Shown here piece after piece: positions 28,137 through 39,600 of a stretch of 64,000 nt of DNA. Position numbers and translations under genes: made by a program. The DNA comes from Candidatus Falkowbacteria bacterium. GTDB taxonomy: Bacteria > Patescibacteriota > Patescibacteriia > CAIXNZ01. The number at the start of each line of letters is the position of its first letter. Within the stretch, counting starts at the first letter, position 1. The notes below the pieces were generated by a model. The model made no database searches and was not told where the DNA came from. It worked only from the letters and a program-made list of their open reading frames with translations. The DNA lies in NCBI GenBank assembly GCA_963774955.1, contig CAVZGV010000003.1, positions 256,771 to 320,770 on the forward strand, written 5' to 3'.

Positions 28137-28544
28137 ATGAATAAAAAAATTAAAATGTTTACTGATGGAGGTGCCCGCGGAAATCCCGGTCCGGCGGCAA
28201 TCGGCATTGTGATTAAAGATGATAAAGATAAAATTATCAAAGAATATGCTGAATGTATCGGCGAGGCAACCAATAATCAGGCGGAATATAGAGCCCTAAT
28301 TAAAGGTTTGGAGTTGGTGTCAGAATTTAAGCCCTCCGAGCTTGATTGTTTTTTGGATAGCGAGCTTTTGGTTAAACAGATGAAACAGGAATATCGGGTT
28401 AAAGATATGAAATTACAGCCTTTATTTGTGAAAGTTTGGAATCTGGCCCTTAATTTAGGCAAGGTCAAGTATCATCATATTCCGCGAATATTAAATAAAG
28501 AAGCTGATAAACTGCTCAATCTGGAGTTGGATAGGCAAGACTAG
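28137..28544 (+). CDS. rnhA: Ribonuclease HI family protein
   Basis: FTDGGARGNPGPAAIG, TNNQAEY.ALI.GL, DSELLVKQM and HIPR..N.EADKL motifs. Confidence 0.93.
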   Translation: MNKKIKMFTDGGARGNPGPAAIGIVIKDDKDKIIKEYAECIGEATNNQAEYRALIKGLELVSEFKPSELDCFLDSELLVKQMKQEYRVKDMKLQPLFVKVWNLALNLGKVKYHHIPRILNKEADKLLNLELDRQD

Positions 28545-28579
28545 GTGTGTTTTGGCGATTTTTATGGTATAATATAAAT

Positions 28580-28652
28580 AGATTTTGGATTTTAGATCTT
28601 AGGTTCTAGTTAATAATCCAAAATCTATAATCTAAAACACTAAAATCTAAAT
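28580..28652. repeat. 7-bp periodic imperfect palindrome in the pilM leader
   Basis: ttttgga-ttttaga-tcttagg-ttctag, then tccaaaa-tctataa-tctaaaa-cactaaaa-tctaaa. Confidence 0.65.
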
Positions 28653-28656
28653 TAAA

Positions 28657-29736
28657 ATGGCTAAACCAGTCAGTTATTTAGGTATTGATTTATCGCCTGA
28701 TTCCATCAAACTGGTGGAATTAATTTCAGAAAACGGTAGGCCAAAATTAGTTACTTATGGCTATACCGAATCAAAAAGTGATATTTTAAAGGGCGATTTT
28801 GTCAATAATAAAAATTTAACATCTACCTTGCTTAAAGAGCTGGCGGATCGGGCCGGAGTGACAACCAATCTGGCTTCGGCTGCCTTGCCGGTGGCTTCGG
28901 TTTTTACCTCGGTAATTAAATTGCCTAATTTGATCAAAAAAGACGTTGATAATAAAAGCAAAATTAAAGGCCTTTTGTCCGAGGAATTGAAAAAAATTTC
29001 CTCTGTACCTTTGGCGGACATGGTTTTTGATTTTAATCTAATTCCTGATCAGGAGGTAGAGAAAGCGGCTGCAAACGCTAAAATATCAATGGCCAGATTT
29101 TTAATTACAGCCTCGACTAAGGATGTAGTCAAGAATTATGTTGATATTTTTAAGCAAGCCAATTTTCAATTGACTAATTTGGATATCGAGTCTTTTTCTT
29201 TAGTTCGTTCTTTGGTCGGTATTGATAAGTCTCTGATTATGCTGATTGATATCGGTGAAAATTTAACTTCAGTGGAAATAGTTAATCTGGCCATCCCGAT
29301 TATTAACCGCAGTATAAATTATGGCGGATCAGTGATTACCAAAGCAGTGGCTGATAGTTTGAATATTGCCATTGCTGAAGCTGAAAATTATAAACTGGAT
29401 TTGTCTATCATGATGCAGCAGTCAAATATGCCAAATTTTCCGAAACCAATTGAAGAAGGCCTGGCTCCATTAGTTACGGAAATAAAATATTTGCTGCAGA
29501 CATATTATGAACAATTTGGCCAGGAGAAGATTTTAGATAAAATAATTTTAACAGGCGGAGGCGCAATGCTCGGTAATTTTTTGGACAGATATTTAACGGA
29601 ACAATTAAATGTCCGAACTTACATTGGTGACCCCTGGGCCAGAATAATGTATCCGGAAGAATTAAAGCCAGTGCTTTTGGAAATCGGCCCGCGTTTTAGC
29701 GTTGCCCTGGGTTTGGCAATGAGAGATATAATTTAA
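28657..29736 (+). CDS. pilM: Type IV pilus assembly protein PilM
   Basis: LGIDL...SIKLVEL, LIDIG, AENYK, IILTGGGA and FSVALGLAMR actin-like PilM motifs. Confidence 0.92.
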   Translation: MAKPVSYLGIDLSPDSIKLVELISENGRPKLVTYGYTESKSDILKGDFVNNKNLTSTLLKELADRAGVTTNLASAALPVASVFTSVIKLPNLIKKDVDNKSKIKGLLSEELKKISSVPLADMVFDFNLIPDQEVEKAAANAKISMARFLITASTKDVVKNYVDIFKQANFQLTNLDIESFSLVRSLVGIDKSLIMLIDIGENLTSVEIVNLAIPIINRSINYGGSVITKAVADSLNIAIAEAENYKLDLSIMMQQSNMPNFPKPIEEGLAPLVTEIKYLLQTYYEQFGQEKILDKIILTGGGAMLGNFLDRYLTEQLNVRTYIGDPWARIMYPEELKPVLLEIGPRFSVALGLAMRDII

Positions 29737-29745
29737 ATATAATAT

Positions 29746-30714
29746 ATGGCGATCGATTTTTTAGGTAAAGAAGGGGAAAAACTGGCCAAAAAGGAGGCAA
29801 TTGCCATAAAGATGCATAACCCTGAAAAACAGGTTGTGGCAACTTCTAAGCAAAAAGAAAAACCTAAAGTTAAACCGAAAAAAGAAACGCCTAAGATTCA
29901 GAGTCGGGAGAAGTTCGAGCAGGTCAATTTAATCTTTTCTTTCAAGCAATATATTTTAAAGCGCAGGTTAACTTTTATTCTAATTTTTGTTATAATTATT
30001 GCAGTCCTAGCTGTTTTCGTCTATTGGTTGCTAACCAGACCAAAACCGATTTCGCCACCACCGCCGCCTATTCCCGTTTGCGGTAATGAGAAGATTGAAG
30101 CGGGAGAACAATGCGATTCGAGCGGCTGTATTACTGATCAGGTCTGTGTAGATTGTCAGTGTCAAAATATCATTATATCGCCACCACCGCCGCCGGCACC
30201 TGTTTGTGGTAATGGACAAATTGAAACAGGGGAACAATGTGACCAGATTGGCTGCTCAACAAATCAGACTTGTGTAAATTGTCAGTGCCAAGGAGTTATT
30301 GCCCCACCACCTCCGCCACCACCGCCTCCGCCGGCACCTGTTTGCGGTAATGGTCAGGTTGAAACAGGTGAGCAATGCGATTTGACTGGTTGTACTCCTG
30401 AGCAAACTTGCCTTGATTGCCAATGCCAAATAGTAATTTTGCCGGATACTGAATTAGCGCCTTTACGCGGTGCTCTTATCAAATTTAGTTCAGATAATAA
30501 TATTTATTTGATTGATTATAACGGTGAATTGCGATTAGTCGATCCCTTAACAGCAAGCTTTAAAAACAATCAAACCATCAGGGATATAAAAATAGATGAA
30601 ATTTATTTAATCGCTGATCAATATAAAACGGTACGAATGGGCCAGCCAGTTTTAGGTAAAGTTGACTGGGATCCCCGAATATTAAGTTCTGCAGAACTAA
30701 TTCCTTTTCAATAA
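29746..30714 (+). CDS. Single-TM protein in the pilN position with three poly-Pro/Cys-rich (CGN..IE.GEQCD) repeats
   Basis: VNLI motif then a TM; three PPPPPxPVCGN..(I/V)E.GEQCD..GC...Q.C..CQC units; C-terminal GALIK...IYLI module. Confidence 0.75.
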   Translation: MAIDFLGKEGEKLAKKEAIAIKMHNPEKQVVATSKQKEKPKVKPKKETPKIQSREKFEQVNLIFSFKQYILKRRLTFILIFVIIIAVLAVFVYWLLTRPKPISPPPPPIPVCGNEKIEAGEQCDSSGCITDQVCVDCQCQNIIISPPPPPAPVCGNGQIETGEQCDQIGCSTNQTCVNCQCQGVIAPPPPPPPPPPAPVCGNGQVETGEQCDLTGCTPEQTCLDCQCQIVILPDTELAPLRGALIKFSSDNNIYLIDYNGELRLVDPLTASFKNNQTIRDIKIDEIYLIADQYKTVRMGQPVLGKVDWDPRILSSAELIPFQ

Positions 30715-30729
30715 TTATTAATCGGATAG

Positions 30730-30830
30730 TTAAACCACGGAATTTTCATTCATTGCCTGTCGGCAGGTTGATAATACGGATAAACTAAGGAATCCGTGTA
30801 ATCAGTGAAATTAACTCAGTGGTTTAGTAA
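30730..30830. repeat. cacgga/tccgtg-type periodic palindrome with an internal tgcctgtcggcagg hairpin
   Basis: aaccacggaatt...tacggat...atccgtgtaatcagtg...cagtggtt. Confidence 0.5.
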
Positions 30831-30843
30831 CCAATAAAAACAT

Positions 30844-31233
30844 ATGGCAGACGCAAAAATCAAAATTTTATTAGTCGAAGACGACACTTTTTTAGTAGAA
30901 ATGTATACAACTAAATTTGAGCTTGAAGGCTTTTCAGTTATGGCTGCGGAAGACGGTAAAAAGGGCCTGGAAATGGCTGATAAAGAAAAACCGGATATAA
31001 TCCTGCTGGATATTTTAATGCCCAAAATGGACGGATTCGCAGTTCTGGATGCCTTGAAACAAAATAAGGATTTAGCGAGTATCCCTGTTGTTTTGCTGAC
31101 AAATTTGGGGCAAAAAGATGATGTCAAAAAAGGGTTTGAAAAAGGCGCTGTGGGTTATTTGATCAAGGCTCATTTTATGCCTTCGGAGGTAGTGGATAAA
31201 ATTAAAAAGATTTTAAAGGAAAACAAGAAATAA
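30844..31233 (+). CDS. Single-domain response regulator (receiver)
   Basis: KILLVEDD, PDIILLDILMP.MDG, LLTN and GYLIKA motifs. Confidence 0.93.
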   Translation: MADAKIKILLVEDDTFLVEMYTTKFELEGFSVMAAEDGKKGLEMADKEKPDIILLDILMPKMDGFAVLDALKQNKDLASIPVVLLTNLGQKDDVKKGFEKGAVGYLIKAHFMPSEVVDKIKKILKENKK

Positions 31234-31251
31234 ATCTAGATTATATAATAA

Positions 31252-31719
31252 ATGAAAAATGGCTTTACAAAAATAGAAGTATTGATTTTTATTTTACTTA
31301 TTGTTATGGTAGTGGCAATGGATGTCGCTGTAATTTGGTATTTATCTTTAAAAAACAAGGACATCCAAGTATTGTCTGAAATTGATCAAATTAAAAGCGG
31401 ACTGGAAGTTTATTTACTGACCAATGATTTTTATCCTGAGTCAAATGGCGTGATAAATTTAAGTGATGCCTATAGCGGTACAGAAAAATTATGCGGGGAA
31501 GGCTTTAAAAAACAAACCGACCCTTGTGATCGAAATATCCTAAAACCGATTCCGAATCAATATCTGGCTGAAGGTAATATTTATCAGTATAAACGAAGCG
31601 AAGACGGCCAAAATTATCAGCTGGAATTCAATTTAATTACCAACTTTAAAAATTTGGGCTTAACCAAGGGGAAAAATTGTTCAAATAATATACAAATAAT
31701 TAGTCAACCGTGTTTTTAA
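31252..31719 (+). CDS. Type IV pilin-like / pseudopilin protein
   Basis: KNGFTKIE prepilin-like cleavage motif plus a hydrophobic helix; LEVY....FYP. Confidence 0.8.
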   Translation: MKNGFTKIEVLIFILLIVMVVAMDVAVIWYLSLKNKDIQVLSEIDQIKSGLEVYLLTNDFYPESNGVINLSDAYSGTEKLCGEGFKKQTDPCDRNILKPIPNQYLAEGNIYQYKRSEDGQNYQLEFNLITNFKNLGLTKGKNCSNNIQIISQPCF

Positions 31720-31723
31720 CTAT

Positions 31724-32191
31724 ATGATTCGAGATAAAAAACAAGGAGGATTTTCATTAGTAGAATTATTAATTGTGGTTGCCATTATTATACTTTTGGC
31801 GACTATATCGGTCATTGCTTTAAATGACCAGCGGGCCAAGGCAAGAGATGCGAAAAGAACTAGTGATGTCAGACAAATCCGGACTGCGTTGGAGTTTTAT
31901 CATAGTGACGAAGATCAATATCCTGTATTTGATAATCCTATAGTTTTGGGTCAAAAGGGTGGCGAAAAATTATGTGCCAAGTCAGCTGGAGCAATCGTTT
32001 CACTTGAAACTCCCTGCAGTCAGGATACAACGTATATGGCAATTATTCCCAAAGATCCTTTGCCGGACAGACAATATATATATAAGGGTAATATTAAGGA
32101 TTATGAAATAATTTTTACCACGGAAAAGCCAAGTGGTTTGGGTGAAGCTGGTCAGTATATTGCCACGGCTGAAGGTATTAATATAAAGTAA
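31724..32191 (+). CDS. Type IV pilin (prepilin, N-methylation motif)
   Basis: GGFSLVELLIVVAII, RAKARDAKR.SD..QI.TALE.Y and IPKDP motifs. Confidence 0.92.
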   Translation: MIRDKKQGGFSLVELLIVVAIIILLATISVIALNDQRAKARDAKRTSDVRQIRTALEFYHSDEDQYPVFDNPIVLGQKGGEKLCAKSAGAIVSLETPCSQDTTYMAIIPKDPLPDRQYIYKGNIKDYEIIFTTEKPSGLGEAGQYIATAEGINIK

Positions 32192-32218
32192 AATAAAACA
32201 AAATTAGCTTGTACATAT

Positions 32219-32248
32219 AAAAAATCCCTAAAATTTTAGGGATTTTTT
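32219..32248. terminator. Palindromic terminator
   Basis: aaaaaatccctaaaattttagggatttttt. Confidence 0.65.
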
Positions 32249-32298
32249 AGTTTTAAAACATGATTTATATTTAAGCTAAAAACTGCTATAATTTAAGC

Positions 32299-33039
32299 AT
32301 GATTACTAGCAGTTTATTTTTGTTTTTGTTAGGTATTATTGGCGGCAGTTTCTTGAATTGCTGTCTGTATCGCGTTGTCAGAAAAGTTCCGCTTTGGGGC
32401 CGGTCTTTTTGCCCCCAGTGCCGTAAGCAAATATTAAATCTGGATTTAGTGCCCTTGCTTAGTTACCTGTGGCTTAAAGGCAAATGCCGATTCTGTAAAA
32501 AACCGATTGGTTGGCAGTATTTCGGCATAGAATTGGTCACCGGCTTGCTCTTTGTCTTGTTTTTTATAAAATATGGAGCGGTCAGTTGGTTTTTAGTCCG
32601 AGATTTGTTTTTTATTTCAATTTTGCTGTTTATTCTGATTTTCGACTGGCGTCATTATTTAATTTTGGATAAGGTGATTTGGCCTGCTTTGGTTTTTAGT
32701 TTTATATTTAATGTTTGCCTGGGGCGGCCATGGCAGGAATTAATCTTGGCCGGTTTGATTGGCGCCGGTTTTTTCTTTTTACAACACCTTGTATCTGGCG
32801 GTAAATGGATTGGCCAGGGCGATATAAACTTGGGTTTACTTTTGGGGGTAATGTTGGGCTGGCAATTTACTTTACTGACGTTAGCCTTAGCTTATATAAT
32901 CGGAGGAGTAATTGCTACGATATTATTATTGACTAAGAGAAAAAAAATCGGTGATATCCTGCCCATGGGCAGTTTTTTGGCCGGTGCTGCCATTTTTGTT
33001 TTGCTTTGGGGAAATTTGATATTAGCTATCATTTATTAA
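32299..33039 (+). CDS. pilD: Prepilin peptidase
   Basis: GSFLNC, RSFCPQC, LKGKCRFC, D...Y.I.D and IG.GD motifs; ATG 7 nt after TGcTATAAT (leaderless). Confidence 0.95.
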   Translation: MITSSLFLFLLGIIGGSFLNCCLYRVVRKVPLWGRSFCPQCRKQILNLDLVPLLSYLWLKGKCRFCKKPIGWQYFGIELVTGLLFVLFFIKYGAVSWFLVRDLFFISILLFILIFDWRHYLILDKVIWPALVFSFIFNVCLGRPWQELILAGLIGAGFFFLQHLVSGGKWIGQGDINLGLLLGVMLGWQFTLLTLALAYIIGGVIATILLLTKRKKIGDILPMGSFLAGAAIFVLLWGNLILAIIY

Positions 33040-33066
33040 TTAGTTGATTAAATAATAAAAGCACCA

Positions 33067-33522
33067 CTAGGTGGTGCTTTTGGGTTCGGTGGTGATTTTT
33101 AATTCCCGCCAGAAAGGAAGCGAGGTCTCAAACTGCTGGCAATATTGTTGATTCCGCTCTAGTGGGATTTCATGGATTCCTCGGCTGGTGGCAATCAGGG
33201 GTGAGCAGGTAATCGTGACGATCAGCACCTGATAACCGAAAACCATTCCGGTCAGGTAATAAGGCGAGACTTCCCAGCGTTGGATATTGGTGTTGTCCTC
33301 CACAATCACTGGGTGGCCTTCAGCGACAGCGTTCAGAAATTTGGCAAAGCATTCCTGATGAGCTTGGCCAATCAGGTCATGATTATGTTTGTATAGTCCG
33401 TCTACATGTGCGGCGAAAAAATCGTCAGCGCTGCAGACAATGGCTTCAGGGTAATTATTTTTGTGATACGTTGTTTTGCCTGAGCCAGAAAGACCCCTCA
33501 TGATTATGATTTGTTTGTCCAA
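33067..33522 (-). CDS. AAA_33 / N4BP2-like P-loop (polynucleotide) kinase
   Basis: IIMRGLSGSGKTT, CSADDFF, AHQEC, EDNTN..WE..PY and HEIP motifs; TTG start at 33522 after AAGGAG; promoter TTGACA (33581-33586)-17-TGaTAGGCT; terminator at 33057-33081. Confidence 0.85.
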   Translation of the reverse strand: MDKQIIIMRGLSGSGKTTYHKNNYPEAIVCSADDFFAAHVDGLYKHNHDLIGQAHQECFAKFLNAVAEGHPVIVEDNTNIQRWEVSPYYLTGMVFGYQVLIVTITCSPLIATSRGIHEIPLERNQQYCQQFETSLPFWRELKITTEPKSTT

Positions 33523-33618
33523 ATTTATCTCCTTTTGTGTGATTTTCCGGATATTACAGCCTATCACAAATTTGGGGATTTGTCAATTATAGCCATAAAA
33601 TTATTGGTTGTTTTATGA

Positions 33619-35689
<2,071 letters not shown>

Positions 35690-35691
<2 letters not shown>

Positions 35692-36190
35692 TTACGAAAG
35701 TTGGACACGAAAAAACACGAAAAATTGATGGCGTAATAAAAAGTTAAAACAAAAGGTGAAAAAATATGGGGGAAATAATATATAAAGATTTGAGTTATCA
35801 AGTTATGGGATCAGTTTTTAGGGTATTTAAGAAGTTGGGCTTTGGTTATAGAGAAAAATATTATCAGAGAGCCATTGAGGAAGAATTAAAAATAGAAAAT
35901 CTGGGATATATTAAGGAATGTTGCGTGAAACTAGAATATAATGGGAGAATTATTGGTAGATATTTTATAGATTTCGTTATTGAAGATAAGATTGCCTTAG
36001 AGATTAAGATAGCAAAAGATTTTTACACAAAAGATGTTAAGCAACTTTTAAGTTATTTGAAGGCAAAAAAATTAAAATTAGGAATTCTTATAATTATTAC
36101 TAAAGATGGGATTAGATATAAGCGTTTTGTTAATTAATTAAATTTGAACTGCGTATTTCGTGTTTTTTCGTGATTATTATTTCGTGGTTC
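35690..36190. mobile_element. Putative small element: GxxExxY gene between cacgaaaaaacacgaaa inverted repeats
   Basis: Left arm cacgaaaaaacacgaaa (about 35706-35722); right arm tttcgtgttttttcgtg (about 36156-36172) plus atttcgtggttc; empty copies elsewhere. Confidence 0.5.
35766..36137 (+). CDS. GxxExxY protein (PD-(D/E)XK nuclease-like)
   Basis: LGFGYREKYYQ (GxxExxY), DFVIEDKIALEIK and QLLSYLK motifs. Confidence 0.92.
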   Translation: MGEIIYKDLSYQVMGSVFRVFKKLGFGYREKYYQRAIEEELKIENLGYIKECCVKLEYNGRIIGRYFIDFVIEDKIALEIKIAKDFYTKDVKQLLSYLKAKKLKLGILIIITKDGIRYKRFVN

Positions 36191-36209
36191 ATAATAACCT
36201 AATAAAACT

Positions 36210-36527
36210 ATGCAAATCAACATCAAAGGTACCAATATGGATCTGACCCCGGCAATTAAAGATTATGTCAATGAAAAAGTCGGCAGTTTGGAAAAGTTTT
36301 TTGACCAGGCTATTATAGCCAGGGTAGATGTAGGTCGTACTTCCAACCATCACCAAAAGGGCGATGTGTTCCGCGCGGAAATAAATATGGATGTGCCCCA
36401 AAAGCATGTATTGCGGGCTGAGTCAGTTAAAGAAGATTTGTATTTAGCCATTAATGACGCTAAGGCTGATTTGGAACGTCAGATTAAAAAATATAAGGAA
36501 AAAATGCGGGGGAATGATAAATATTAA
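36210..36527 (+). CDS. raiA: Ribosome hibernation factor / ribosome-associated translation inhibitor RaiA (short HPF)
   Basis: MQINIKGTNMDLTPAIKDYV.EK..LEKFF and DLY.AI..A...LERQI.KYKEK; terminator at 36542-36575. Confidence 0.93.
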   Translation: MQINIKGTNMDLTPAIKDYVNEKVGSLEKFFDQAIIARVDVGRTSNHHQKGDVFRAEINMDVPQKHVLRAESVKEDLYLAINDAKADLERQIKKYKEKMRGNDKY

Positions 36528-36633
36528 GCTGAAATCAATATAAAAAAGCCCTTCTGAATTACAGGAGGGCTTTTTGTATATGATATGGCCAATTTTAGCT
36601 AAGGATGCTATAATTAAAAAGTAATAAATATAC

Positions 36634-39600
36634 ATGATAAATCCAAGGAAAATCAGACAAAAAGTGGTTTTCTTGAAGTTTTTTAGTTTTAAAACTAAGC
36701 TTATTTTAAGTTTGGTTTTTGTTTTAATTATCGCTATCATCTTCTCAGTTAATTACTTTGTCCCGGTCAGCGCGGACAATTTCTTAGTGACTGAAAATTT
36801 TACCACTGATACTTTGAAAGATGCGAATGCCACTACTGGTATTTGGGACACTACTTTGAATCAAGCTCGGTTGTTAGGTAAAGATTGGATTAATATGGAG
36901 GAAACTAAAGATACTTACGGACCGTTTACAACTTTAACCGATTCTGTGTTGAATTATAATATTACTTATGATACAAGTGCAAATCCTTATATTGTTTGGG
37001 TGTCAAATGGAGTGGGCGGGGTTGGCGATGTTTATTTTACCAAATGGACGCCCGGGACAGGCTGGACAGGTATGGACTGTATCTCAGCGTATGACAATAT
37101 TTCCAGCTCCACAGCACTTTCTTCGCAGCCTAAAATAAAATTAGACGGCGCCGACGATCCGATTATAATTTGGTCTGAAAGTTCGACTTCGACTGATATC
37201 TATTTAGCTCATTGGGATAGCGGTAATAACCGCTGGGCCAATATGGCGGGTAATGCGAGTGCTCCCGAAAACATCAGCCAAGATTCAGTTAATAACACTT
37301 TTTTTACCCTGGAAGTAGATGGTACTGGTAAACCGGCCATTGTTTTTACTAGAAATGTGGGCCCAACTATAAATGATTTGTATTTTACGACTTGGAATGG
37401 CACAACATGGACCGGTGCGGACGGGGTTGATACTGATTTTAATCCTTTAATCTATGAAAACGATAAGATATCTGATTCCTCTACCAGTTATGGCAATGAA
37501 AATATTAAGTTGAGATTTAACAGTTTGAACGAACCCTATATTGCTTGGTGGCAAATAATTGTTAGTCCGACCAGAGTCTTATTTACAAAATGGACACCCG
37601 CAGTTGGTTGGACGCATATGGACGGAACTACATTAGGTTTTGAACCAATCAGCGATCTTACCAAGGTAGGTTCCCAGCCTAATTTGGAGATGGGTACTGA
37701 TGATTTTCCTTATATTACTTATGTGGAAGCTCCCGTTGGCGGTGGCCCTAGTTCAAATTTAGAAATATTATTTGCCCATTGGACCGGTTCAGGCTGGTAC
37801 GGTATGGATGGAATAGTTTTACGTGATAATGTTTCTATAAACACCAGTTCATCGCAGGTACCTCAGATGAAACTTGATGCCGGGAATAACCCCATTGTTA
37901 TTTGGCGCGATACTACTCCACCCGGAGGTGGCGCAGTTACCCAATTAGAAGTCTACTTACGCAAATGGACAGGTGTTGCCTGGACGGCCATGGATGGTAT
38001 TGCTACCTATGATAATATCTCAAATACTCCTGCCGCCAGGTCATATACTTATAATTTAGCTGTAGATAGTACGGGTGAGCCAAATCTTTTCTGGGGAGAC
38101 GGTCCTTCATCTTTGTTAAATTATTATTTCACCCGCTGGGTGGTTGGTAGTGGTTGGGAAAAAATTGACGGTACTTTAGGCCAAGATGCGGTATTGTCCG
38201 GTGCCGCGATTAATAGTTTTTCAGTTGGACCCGATGATACCCCCTATGTTTTATTTGCAGATCCACCGTCAACTGGACAGCCACAGCTGATCAAAGGTAA
38301 AGATATTTATGCGTCTACTTCTGATATTGTTTCTTTGAATATGAATACAGGTTCTGATTTCGTAGTATCGGCCAAGATTTCCGCGGCGGAAACTCTTAAT
38401 GGCCAAACAGTAAATTATTTTTTATCCAATGACGGTGGCGCTACTTGGGAGGTTGTCAGTAATAATGTGGCGCATGATTTTATTACCTCTCATGGTTTTG
38501 ATTTGCGCTGGAAAGCGGAACTGGTGACAATTTTGAATTCGGTTACACCTGTAGTTGATGATCTGGACATTACTTATAGAACAAAAAAAATATTCTGCAG
38601 TCTTTCTCCGACTTCTGTACTTCAGGGACAGCCGGTGACTATTGCAGCGACTACCAGTTTTGTGCCTGGTGCAGTTTGGGCTACGGTGGAAAAAAACGGT
38701 GAGGTTTTAAGCACGGTAACAATGAATAATGTCGGTGGCAATAACTTTAGCGTTAATTACAGTACCGCGGGAACCAATTTAGGTAGAAATGACGTGGCAG
38801 TATTTGCCTCCAATGCCACAGATACTTATGTCTGTAATCCTTCTACCGGTGTTGACTGGCAGCGGATGTCAACCAATGATATCCCTTGGGACCCACGGAC
38901 TTTTCACGGCTCTGTCAGTTTGGGAAATTATATTTATCTCTTTGGAGGTTTATCGGACAGATTTTTAAGTGATGTTTGGCGTTCTCAAGATGGTTATAAT
39001 TGGCAGCAGATGCCTGATGCCCCCTGGGCCGCAAGAGGGATGTTTGATCCTATTGTTTTTAACGACAAAATTTGGGTCATGGGCGGTCGAAGTTATGTTT
39101 ACTTAAGCTCTCCAGTGAACTACGGTGATGTCTGGTATAGCTCAGACGGCCAATCATGGACACAATCAACTAATGATCTGCCGTCATCACCTGCAGTTAC
39201 CCGCAGGACTTATGCCTCGACAGTTTTTAATAATAAATTATGGATTTCCGGCGGCAATTCAGGCGGGCCTACCAATGATGTCTGGTATAATGATGATCCC
39301 ATAACTAATGCCTGGGTTCAGGCGACACCAGCTGCCAGCTGGTCAGTTAGGACTCTTCATCAAATGGTTACTTTTGATAATAAAATGTGGGTAATGGGTG
39401 GCAATGGTCCTTTAAACGATATCTGGCATTCAACAGACGGTGTTAATTGGTATGATACTTTTTGCCAGGGAGGAGTTGATGACGGCCAAGCCTGTGTTAT
39501 TGGCGGGGATTGCGATTCAAGTTCTTGTTTGTCAGAAACAGCAGCCTGGCCTGCCAGAGTAGATTTTCAAGCCTTGGTTTTTGATGAAGATGGTAGCGGG

